Shown piece by piece: positions 39,795 to 47,227 of a DNA stretch of 64,000 nt (the first letter of the stretch is position 1; each line of letters opens with the position of its first letter). Position numbers and translations under genes: made by a program. This DNA comes from Candidatus Omnitrophota bacterium (GTDB lineage Bacteria; Omnitrophota; Gorgyraeia; JAHJTE01), in contig JAHJTE010000002.1 of the NCBI GenBank assembly GCA_018830005.1, positions 73,517 to 137,516 of the forward strand, written 5' to 3'. The notes under the pieces are model-generated. The model ran no database searches. It was not told the origin of the DNA and saw nothing but the letters and a program-made list of their open reading frames with translations.

Positions 39795-39808
39795 TTTTTC
39801 CTCTTTTT

Positions 39809-40633
39809 TTATGGGGTCATGGTTGTTGCTGAACGAACACCAGAAGCAGCTGTTCCAACTGGTGCAACAACCGGATTAATTACTCTCATAATCTTTGCCA
39901 TTACCGTAGCCGGAACGTAAAATACATCACCCGGTTTCATCTCTATATTCTTTTTTAGTTCTCCACCGTAAAGGATCGAATACAAATCAACCTTCTTTTT
40001 CTTTCCCTTGCCGTTTTCAGAAGGGGTTATCAACTCGCATTTACGCATAGCAGCAGCTAAGGTAGGCAGACCTGCCTGAACTACAGCCTCTCTTACGGGT
40101 ATATTCTCTGAGCGCATATAATATTTCCCAGGTCTTGCTACCTCTCCAAGTACATAGATAACCTTGCTTTTATAATCTAAAATGGTTATGTTTATTTCAG
40201 GGCTTATGATGAAATTAGCAACAAGCTCCTTAATTTTTTCTTCCAGCTCCTTTTTGGTAAGACCTGTAACCTCTATATCTCCTACAAATTTATACTGTAT
40301 CTTTCCTTCTAGATTTATAGGATAAACTCCGCTAAACTCGGGGTGGCGCATTACAGTTATCTCTACCACATCCTCAGGTCCTAATGTGTATTTTAATGGA
40401 TCAAAGTAGTTGGCATTAGCAGGAATTGAACTAGCAAAATCTAAGGCTGGAACACTGGCTGCTTGACTGTCCTTAGGTATCACCTCAACAGCTCGCATGG
40501 TCCTGCCATCCTTGGAGATGATCTCTGTTGCCCTTATGGTCTTGTCCTGGGCAAATGCCGGAACTAAAAACAGACCAATTACTAAAACAATAGTAAAAAT
40601 CTTAATTATCTTATTCATCGCCATCCTCCCCAA
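39809..40633 (-). CDS. Polysaccharide export protein (Wza-like, Poly_export + SLBB)
   Basis: Signal peptide; ...KFVGDIEVTGLTKKELEEKIK... and YVLGEVARPGKY; probable start at internal Met around 40618. Confidence 0.8.
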   Translation of the reverse strand: MGRMAMNKIIKIFTIVLVIGLFLVPAFAQDKTIRATEIISKDGRTMRAVEVIPKDSQAASVPALDFASSIPANANYFDPLKYTLGPEDVVEITVMRHPEFSGVYPINLEGKIQYKFVGDIEVTGLTKKELEEKIKELVANFIISPEINITILDYKSKVIYVLGEVARPGKYYMRSENIPVREAVVQAGLPTLAAAMRKCELITPSENGKGKKKKVDLYSILYGGELKKNIEMKPGDVFYVPATVMAKIMRVINPVVAPVGTAASGVRSATTMTP

Positions 40634-40853
40634 AATAAATAATCGTTTCCTTAAAATCTCTCAATTTTTTAAGGTCCTTCTTGTCATAGACCCTCCAACC
40701 ACGCCAATCACGCTTGGAACGAGTAACCTTGCCAGATTTCTCCCAACGCACAATTGTCTTGGGTGTTACTCCAATGCGATCGGCTATGTCGGTTATAGTC
40801 ATTCTTTTATGTTCATGATTATTAGCCAATTTTAACCTCCTGTTTTTTAACAT
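40611..40853 (-). CDS. MerR/excisionase-type HTH DNA-binding protein
   Basis: MTITDIADRIGVTPKTIVRWEKSG; heads the Wza...exosortase gene string. Confidence 0.5.
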   Translation of the reverse strand: MLKNRRLKLANNHEHKRMTITDIADRIGVTPKTIVRWEKSGKVTRSKRDWRGWRVYDKKDLKKLRDFKETIIYFGEDGDE

Positions 40854-40885
40854 TTAATTTATGATTACGTTTTCTGGTCTGTCTG

Positions 40886-40905
40886 AGTATGTCCTAGTAT
40901 GTCCT
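40886..40905. repeat. Perfect tandem 10-mer AGTATGTCCT x2, with degenerate flanking copies from about 40876 to 40917
   Basis: Read directly: agtatgtcct agtatgtcct gtattgtctt; 33-64 nt upstream of HTH gene start. Confidence 0.6.
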
Positions 40906-41211
40906 GTATTGTCTTATATATACTAATACAGCATTATCTATGCCAATTAACACCATTAAAAAATATATATTAATCAGATATTGTAACTCTTTTATTTACA
41001 ATAGGTAATGAATTGAAATTATTTTGGGTTGGAATTACTTTTCGGCTAGGTATTACTGGAGAATGTTGCTAAATTTAAACGAAGAGAATTTATACTTAAA
41101 AAAATACTAAAAATGATTGCTCTAACATGTTGCTATACAATGAGATATCCATGATGTGTATTAATATAAACAGAAAATCTAAATAAACATCAAAATTATA
41201 AATTTTAAAAC

Positions 41212-41568
41212 TTAGAAGAGATCTTCAGAAATGCCTACCTTCCTCCTAAGGACCTTCTTCTGGGAATGGATCTTTTTCTTCTCTAATCTCTTCTCATGCT
41301 TTGCGCGGGATACATTGGTGGGAATACGCGGTTTTGGCTTCTTGCTTAATTGCTTTAGTTTATCCTTTAAGCGATGAAAGGCGAGTTCTAGATTAGCAGA
41401 CTGATAGCGATGCTCTGTAGCAACGCTGGTAACTCCAGTAGGCCGATGATGCAGGCGGACGGCTGTCTCTCTCTTATTCTTTCTCTGGCCGCCTGGACCT
41501 GAGCTCCTATAAAAAGTAACAGTTGTCTGTTTCTTTAAATCGCTTAAATGTAAACTAAGCTTATACAT
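41212..41568 (-). CDS. arfB: Peptidyl-tRNA hydrolase ArfB-like (RF-1 domain, GGQ)
   Basis: SGPGGQRKNK motif; basic C-terminal tail. Confidence 0.65.
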   Translation of the reverse strand: MYKLSLHLSDLKKQTTVTFYRSSGPGGQRKNKRETAVRLHHRPTGVTSVATEHRYQSANLELAFHRLKDKLKQLSKKPKPRIPTNVSRAKHEKRLEKKKIHSQKKVLRRKVGISEDLF

Positions 41569-41581
41569 CCCTAGGCTTCAG

Positions 41582-41944
41582 CTATTTCTTGAAATGAGCC
41601 GCTATTTTTTTGAATGTGCTAGTTAAATCCTTCGAAACATCACCCAGCCCGACTTTTAAGTCCCCTAATGCCCCTTCGGAAGCCTTCTTATAAACATTGA
41701 ATTTCTTAACCAATTCTTTCTCTTTGACCTGGTATTCTTTTAAGAGTTTGCGAAAATTAGCCCTTGCCTCAATACCAGTATCAATTGCCTCAGTCTTAAA
41801 TTTTTCTATCCCGGGCTTCCATTTCTTAAGCTGGGCCTTGCTTTTTGTTTCTAATTTCTTTAGTTCTCTCTTTACCTTCTTTATCTTTGGTTCTAATTCT
41901 TTAAGTTGTTTTTTGATCTGCTTTTCGATATTCTTTTTCTTCAT
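41582..41944 (-). CDS. Lys-rich coiled-coil protein of unknown function
   Basis: Heptad-like KKxLKELE repeats; no known motif recognised. Confidence 0.3.
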   Translation of the reverse strand: MKKKNIEKQIKKQLKELEPKIKKVKRELKKLETKSKAQLKKWKPGIEKFKTEAIDTGIEARANFRKLLKEYQVKEKELVKKFNVYKKASEGALGDLKVGLGDVSKDLTSTFKKIAAHFKK

Positions 41945-41969
41945 CTCTGCCTCCTTTATTAGCTAAGGA

Positions 41970-42239
41970 TTATTCGAAATTAAAATGTTTTCTTATTTTT
42001 TCACTTATTTTCCATTTACACTTCAATCCTTTGGGGAATTCAACAAAGTCACCTTTGCCGAATTCTACGCTCTGATCAGCGCATTCCACCTTTGCCTTGC
42101 CTTCTAAAATAAAGCACTTTTCAATCTGATCATACTCCCAGTCAAAAGAAGATGGTTCTTTCTCCCATATTGGCCAACCATCTACACCCTGTTGTTTTAA
42201 CATCTCCTGAGTAGGTTTCTCAACCTTTATCTTATCCAT
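41970..42239 (-). CDS. Small cupin-fold protein
   Basis: 89 aa; cupin-like beta-strand pattern (ILEGKAKVE...GDFVEFPKG). Confidence 0.45.
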   Translation of the reverse strand: MDKIKVEKPTQEMLKQQGVDGWPIWEKEPSSFDWEYDQIEKCFILEGKAKVECADQSVEFGKGDFVEFPKGLKCKWKISEKIRKHFNFE

Positions 42240-42259
42240 AACAACACCTCCCTATGTAA

Positions 42260-43066
42260 TCAACGTCCTTTTATTAAGCTGAGTACGTTTTCCTTTGTGA
42301 AAATATCCATATCAGAAGGATTTTCCAGAAAATTCTCTACATCCTGCCTTACCTTCTGCCAATCTGTTGTTTTAACAACCTCAAAGATAAAATCCTGCCA
42401 GGTATTCTCTGATGGCATTTCCTTCTTCCACCCAGTTTGCTTAAGGGCGTTTTGTAAGAGGGTAATATTGGGCGAGATATCTCTCCAGCGCGAAAGATAC
42501 CATCCCAGGTCAAAAAAATCTCTGCCCTTGGTATATTTCCTGCTCAACAGTGCACTAAACTTACCGGCAAAAAGCGAAGAAACATCATAGGATAAAAAAG
42601 AAATTGGGAAATACTTATTAACGATATCTGTCTTTAATACTGCTCCTTTTGGCGGATTTGTATCAATCTCAAGCTTTACTGAAAACTTTTGCTCTTTATA
42701 AGGAGAAATTCCAGCCTCATGCATTAATCTCTCGAACTTAACCATTGCATTTTGAACAGTTTTCTCATGTTTATAGGAAATAGAAATATCGTAACCAGCC
42801 AGTTTTAATTCCTGCTTTATTTTCGCCACCAGTTCAACAAACTCATACTCCTTTTCTCTTGTCAGAGAAAAATCTAAGTCTTCTGAGAAGCGTGGCAGAT
42901 TATATAGAAAGCGTAATGCCGTACCGCCTAAAAATGCGGTAGAACGAAATACCCCTTCATCATGCATAATCCTTAAGATATATGCCTGCAGGTATTCACG
43001 CATAATATTCAATTTTGCGTTAAAACCATTCTTTGCCCCTACTAATTCTAAGCAGTAATCCTTCAC
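42260..43066 (-). CDS. AbiEii-family nucleotidyltransferase toxin (type IV TA)
   Basis: STAFLGGTALRFLYNLPRFSEDLDFSL signature. Confidence 0.75.
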   Translation of the reverse strand: MKDYCLELVGAKNGFNAKLNIMREYLQAYILRIMHDEGVFRSTAFLGGTALRFLYNLPRFSEDLDFSLTREKEYEFVELVAKIKQELKLAGYDISISYKHEKTVQNAMVKFERLMHEAGISPYKEQKFSVKLEIDTNPPKGAVLKTDIVNKYFPISFLSYDVSSLFAGKFSALLSRKYTKGRDFFDLGWYLSRWRDISPNITLLQNALKQTGWKKEMPSENTWQDFIFEVVKTTDWQKVRQDVENFLENPSDMDIFTKENVLSLIKGR

Positions 43067-43701
43067 AACACCTTTTCTCCCTTCTTGCTAGCGACCCTAT
43101 ATTCCTTGATTGCCTTGGCTACCTTTAACATCTTTGGTTTCTTAAATCGCTGCGCATATTCCAATAGTTTCTTAACATTTACTTTCTCTAGATTCTGAAG
43201 CCTTAATCCCTTTAGATAATCTAAAGAGACCTTTAGTCTCTTTACATAGAAAAAATCAAGAAGCGCTTTCTCGCAAGATGCAATAAAGGCTGTCTGTTTA
43301 TTAACAGTAACGGAGCTATAGCCCCAAAAAAGAGACTCTTTAATATGCCTATAATCAAAAATCCCTGCTTTGGATACAAACCTTGCTTCTCTTTTTGTAG
43401 TAACTGATGTAAATACAGTTGTTGCCTCAGGAATCAAATTATGGTACTCAAATGCTTTTTCTAAACTAATATATGAAGGTGTTTTTAAAACAGCAGCCAG
43501 ATAAGGTTCGTAAACCTCGATCTTGCGATACGGCTCTGCCAATAAATACATACCTTTTTTAAGCTGGATAATCTTGCCTGCCTTTTTCCAACGACTAATT
43601 TGCACTTCGACCAAAGCAGGGTTAGATACGCCTGCAAGCAAAGCTTCGGGATTAATTACTGGTAATTTACTTGTAATCTTTAAGAATTCTTCCCAATCCA
43701 T
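43063..43701 (-). CDS. AbiEi-family antitoxin/transcriptional regulator
   Basis: N-terminal AbiEi_4-like segment; 4-nt overlap with AbiEii gene. Confidence 0.7.
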   Translation of the reverse strand: MDWEEFLKITSKLPVINPEALLAGVSNPALVEVQISRWKKAGKIIQLKKGMYLLAEPYRKIEVYEPYLAAVLKTPSYISLEKAFEYHNLIPEATTVFTSVTTKREARFVSKAGIFDYRHIKESLFWGYSSVTVNKQTAFIASCEKALLDFFYVKRLKVSLDYLKGLRLQNLEKVNVKKLLEYAQRFKKPKMLKVAKAIKEYRVASKKGEKVL

Positions 43702-43747
43702 AACAATAACATAACATATTTGTTAAGTAAATGCAATAGAAATAGTA

Positions 43748-44320
43748 TTAAAATTTATTCTTATGAACTACCTGCTTAAGGGACCTTTTGGGAACATGCA
43801 AAGTACCCTGCTCATCCTTCCAATACTTAACATCTCCCTTGCATTCTTCTATAACCGAGCTCTCTTCAGGAAAGCCTAAGGCAAGCACAAACTCAACGCT
43901 ATAATTATCCGGGACTTTAAAAATTTGTCTTATCTTTTCTTTATCAATTGCCCCTAACCAACAAGAAGCCACGCCTTCACTCCAGGCCGTAAGTATCATA
44001 TTCTCTATTGCGCTGCTAGCATCTACTATACCCCAGGAGCTTTTCTTAGTATCAGTAATGACTATTATATAGGTAAGAGGCCTTTCATCCTTGCCTGGAT
44101 TTCCCTTTGGAGCAATATATCCAGCCCATTTTAAAGCATTAAACAACTCATCTCTTAACTTTGGCTCATTAACAACTATAAATTCACAAGGCTGCAAGTT
44201 TGAAGCACTTGGAGCAAGCCTTGCGCTTTCCAATATTTTCTCTAAGAGCGACTCTCCTATCGACTCTTGTTTAAATTTACGAATTGTCCTGCGTGAGATT
44301 ATGGTTTTATAAACGTCCAT
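43748..44320 (-). CDS. Nitroreductase-family protein (start trimmed to MDVYKT)
   Basis: RRTIRKF...LAPSASNLQPCEFIVV. Confidence 0.7.
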   Translation of the reverse strand: MDVYKTIISRRTIRKFKQESIGESLLEKILESARLAPSASNLQPCEFIVVNEPKLRDELFNALKWAGYIAPKGNPGKDERPLTYIIVITDTKKSSWGIVDASSAIENMILTAWSEGVASCWLGAIDKEKIRQIFKVPDNYSVEFVLALGFPEESSVIEECKGDVKYWKDEQGTLHVPKRSLKQVVHKNKF

Positions 44321-44321
44321 T

Positions 44322-45212
44322 TTAGATACCACTAGATAAGCAATATGCACTATGAGCCTTATTATATGTCTCTTTTGCGCGCCAGGAGCTTCTGGCAAGA
44401 GGCTCAGAAACAACCACTCTAAAGCCTAAAGACTCTGCACTCTTTTTAAGTTTAGCAAACTCCTCTGGTTTATAATACTTTTTAACCGGCCAATGAGCTT
44501 TTGAGGGTGAAAGATATTGGCCCAGATAAAGGATATCAACACTTACTTGCCTCAAATCATTCATAGTTTTAACAATCTGCGTTTGATTTTCTCCTAGTCC
44601 AATCAAGAGAGCGCTCTTTGTAATAATCGCATGATTAAAATCCTTTAGAGATTTCAACACCTCTAAGGACTTATCATAACTAGAGTCAGGTCTGATTTCA
44701 GGATAGAGCCCTCTTACAGTCTCTATATCATGACCAATAACCTCAGCCCCAGAATAAGCGATCCTCTCAAGAAGTTGAGGCGAATTTGCAAAATCAGGTA
44801 TTAATAGCTCTATTTTTACGTGTGGGCTTTGCTGCTTAATCAGAAATACAGTTTGAATAAATCCTGAGAGACCCTTATCCTTCAAATCATCCCGCGTAAC
44901 AGAGGTTAGAACAACATAATCAAGGCCTAGTTCTCTAATAGCCTGGGCAACCCTTTCAGGCTCATTAGGATCTGGCACATCCAAATCAGCCTTTGAGACA
45001 TTACAGAACTTACAGCTGCGAGAACAGTTCTTACCTAGTAATATATAGGTAAGAGCAAGTCCAGACCAACAAGTGCCTATATTAGGACAAGCTGCCTCCT
45101 GGCATACAGTCCTAAGATTTAAGCGCTGATTTAGCTCTTTTATGCGCTTAAAAGAACTATTGGTGCTTAACTTAACCTTTAACCAGTCTGGTCTCTGACT
45201 TGAATTATCCAT
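44322..45212 (-). CDS. lipA: Lipoyl synthase (start placed at internal Met to avoid 89-nt overlap with lpd)
   Basis: Cys motifs CEEAACPNIGTC and CSRSCKFC; DELHV-like core. Confidence 0.85.
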   Translation of the reverse strand: MDNSSQRPDWLKVKLSTNSSFKRIKELNQRLNLRTVCQEAACPNIGTCWSGLALTYILLGKNCSRSCKFCNVSKADLDVPDPNEPERVAQAIRELGLDYVVLTSVTRDDLKDKGLSGFIQTVFLIKQQSPHVKIELLIPDFANSPQLLERIAYSGAEVIGHDIETVRGLYPEIRPDSSYDKSLEVLKSLKDFNHAIITKSALLIGLGENQTQIVKTMNDLRQVSVDILYLGQYLSPSKAHWPVKKYYKPEEFAKLKKSAESLGFRVVVSEPLARSSWRAKETYNKAHSAYCLSSGI

Positions 45213-46602
45213 GGATTGGCTTATCAAATACTGCCTTTGCTGCATCAACAGCAAGTTCGGAGAGTGTTGGGTGGGCATGAACGGTATGGGCAATATCCTG
45301 AACGCGTAAATTATTACTTTTAGCTACTACAAACTCATGTATTAGCTCACTTGCCTCATGGCCTGCAATATGTACTCCCAGGATTTTACCGCTTCTTTTC
45401 TCAGCGATGATCTTGATAAAGCCGTCTTGCTTATGTAAAAGAATGGCCTTTCCGCAAGACCTATAAAAATGCTTAACTACTACAATATCTAGCCCTTTAT
45501 CCCCTGCATTCTTTTCAGTCAAACCAACGCTTGCTGCCTGAAACTCTGAATATACAGCAGACGGTATGGATGAATAATCAATCGGCTTAGGCCTTTTTCC
45601 TGAAATCACATCAGCTGCCAGGATGCCTTCAGCTGATGCCACGTGGGCTAACATAGGAGAGTTTATGCAATCACCAATAGCATAGATATTCTTTATATTG
45701 GTCTGCATTTTTTCATTTACAACAATGCAGCCTTTTTCCAGCAAAACTGCTATTTTCTCCAAACCAAGGCTTTCAGTGTTGGGTGAACGGCCTACACAAA
45801 GAAGCACGTACTCAAACTCCTTATTAATTACCCCGTTAGCAGTCTTGATCTGGGCAATAGAAGAATGGGTTTTTCTCTCTAAGTTAACTACAGAACTCTC
45901 AAGTAAAATTTCAATCCCTGTTCTTTTGAGGTATTTGCTAATTTCCTGGGCAATATCAATATCCTCAAGCGGTAACAACTGGCCTGTAAGCTCAACTATG
46001 CACACCTCAGAGCCTAGGCTTTTAAATAATGAGCCGAATTCTACTCCTATAGCACCGCCGCCAATAACAAGTAGACTCTTTGGTATTTCCTTGAGCCTAA
46101 ATACACCCTCACTTGTAATTACATTTTTATCATCTGGCTCAAGACCAGAGAATACTTTCGGCCGCGAACCTGTGGCAATAATAAAGTTGGAGGCATTGAC
46201 CTCTGTCTCATTGTCGCCACTTATAACCAAAACAGATGTCTTGGAGGAAAAGCGTGCTTGGCCAATAATCAAATCAATATTATTCTTTTTGAATAAATAC
46301 TCAATTCCGCTGCGAAGCTGAGCAGAACTTGATAGAGCGCAAGAGACTAGCCTAGAAAAATCCACCTCTTTAGCTTCCAGGTCTATACCAGCCTTGGCTG
46401 CTTCCTTTGGAATATCATAAAGGTGAGCACTGTTTAATAAGGCCTTGGTGGGAATACAGCCTTCGTTCAAACACACTCCACCTAAGTGTTCCTTGGCATT
46501 CTCTATAACACATACAGATTTTCCTAATTGGGCCAGCCTTATAGCTGCAACATAACCGCCAGGTCCAGCTCCAATTACAACAACATCATATGTCTTTGGC
46601 AT
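45205..46602 (-). CDS. lpd: Dihydrolipoyl dehydrogenase (start trimmed to MPKTYDVVV)
   Basis: GAGPGG FAD motif; redox disulfide GGVCLNEGCIPTK; C-terminal HAHPTLSE. Confidence 0.9.
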   Translation of the reverse strand: MPKTYDVVVIGAGPGGYVAAIRLAQLGKSVCVIENAKEHLGGVCLNEGCIPTKALLNSAHLYDIPKEAAKAGIDLEAKEVDFSRLVSCALSSSAQLRSGIEYLFKKNNIDLIIGQARFSSKTSVLVISGDNETEVNASNFIIATGSRPKVFSGLEPDDKNVITSEGVFRLKEIPKSLLVIGGGAIGVEFGSLFKSLGSEVCIVELTGQLLPLEDIDIAQEISKYLKRTGIEILLESSVVNLERKTHSSIAQIKTANGVINKEFEYVLLCVGRSPNTESLGLEKIAVLLEKGCIVVNEKMQTNIKNIYAIGDCINSPMLAHVASAEGILAADVISGKRPKPIDYSSIPSAVYSEFQAASVGLTEKNAGDKGLDIVVVKHFYRSCGKAILLHKQDGFIKIIAEKRSGKILGVHIAGHEASELIHEFVVAKSNNLRVQDIAHTVHAHPTLSELAVDAAKAVFDKPIHG

Positions 46603-46673
46603 ATTTAACTCCAATCTTTCCCAGTTAAACCTATTGCTTATTCTACCATTTACAGAAAAAAATGGCAATACAC

Positions 46674-46702
46674 AAAAAAAGGCGCCCCTTTTTAGGGACG
46701 CC
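46674..46702 (-). terminator. Rho-independent terminator (minus strand)
   Basis: Minus strand GGCGUCCC-UAAAAA-GGGGCGCC (8-bp stem incl. one G.U) followed by UUUUUUU. Confidence 0.65.
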
Positions 46703-46719
46703 TGTATAATATTCCTGAG

Positions 46720-46917
46720 CCGACAAAGGTTAACTTACCTTACCTCTCTCTTCGGTAACCCAACCACCATACTATGGACCTTCCCCCACTAAAAGTGAGG
46801 TTTCGGGTCGCTATAGCTATAGGTTTGCGGCTTTGTCCTGAACGAATTGCTCAGGATCCCTCAAGGAAATAATCCCTGAAAGATGTCCCTAGATTTCTCT
46901 AGGTTTACCCTTATCGG
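46720..46917 (-). ncRNA. Candidate structured RNA (about 200 nt, GC-enriched; riboswitch-like leader of lpd-lipA or 6S-like sRNA)
   Basis: No ORF in any frame; long-range 18-bp helix (16 pairs incl. 2 G.U) between 46900-46917 and 46720-46737; internal hairpins CCUCAC-UUUUA-GUGGGG, CCUAG-AGAAAU-CUAGG, AAGGU-AAGUUA-ACCUU; terminator immediately 3'. Confidence 0.35.
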
Positions 46918-46976
46918 CTTAAATAAAAGAACACTTAACGTAAAGTATACCCTATAGATAAGGAAAATTCAAGATC

Positions 46977-47159
46977 CTATACCTCAGAATCCTTTATGAG
47001 GCGACGATAATATTCCAGGCATTTCTTACAAGTTGGATTCTTCTCGTGCCACTCAGGGTGATCCTTCAGTATCAGATTCATCAAGTATTCTTCTGCCTTA
47101 ATATGAGAAATAGCAGCAACCTCATCAATCTCACGTTGGCAAATTTGGCATCTGTACAT
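46977..47159 (-). CDS. Small C4 zinc-ribbon protein
   Basis: CQICQ...CKKC pairs in 60 aa. Confidence 0.3.
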   Translation of the reverse strand: MYRCQICQREIDEVAAISHIKAEEYLMNLILKDHPEWHEKNPTCKKCLEYYRRLIKDSEV

Positions 47160-47227
47160 AAGTTAGCATCCTTTTTTTGTTAATACTAACATAAAAAGCA
47201 TGCTATGTCAACGTGATATGATCTATA

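Noticed and set aside
40886-40905. Tandem repeat considered as a CRISPR-like or minisatellite array
   Set aside because: Only 2 perfect 10-nt units with no spacers and no cas genes nearby; the whole window lacks any CRISPR-type repeat-spacer periodicity.
46674-46976. Considered RNase P RNA, tmRNA or SRP RNA for the structured intergenic region
   Set aside because: At about 200-270 nt it is too short for bacterial RNase P. The P4 strings (AAGUCCGG / ACAGARCCCGGCUUA) are not found, only a chance-like CUUAUCGGCUUA on the opposite strand. There is no tRNA-like 3' end (GGUUCGAnUCC...CCA) or ANDENYALAA-type tag frame for tmRNA. There is no SRP domain-IV GGAAGCAGCC-like motif.
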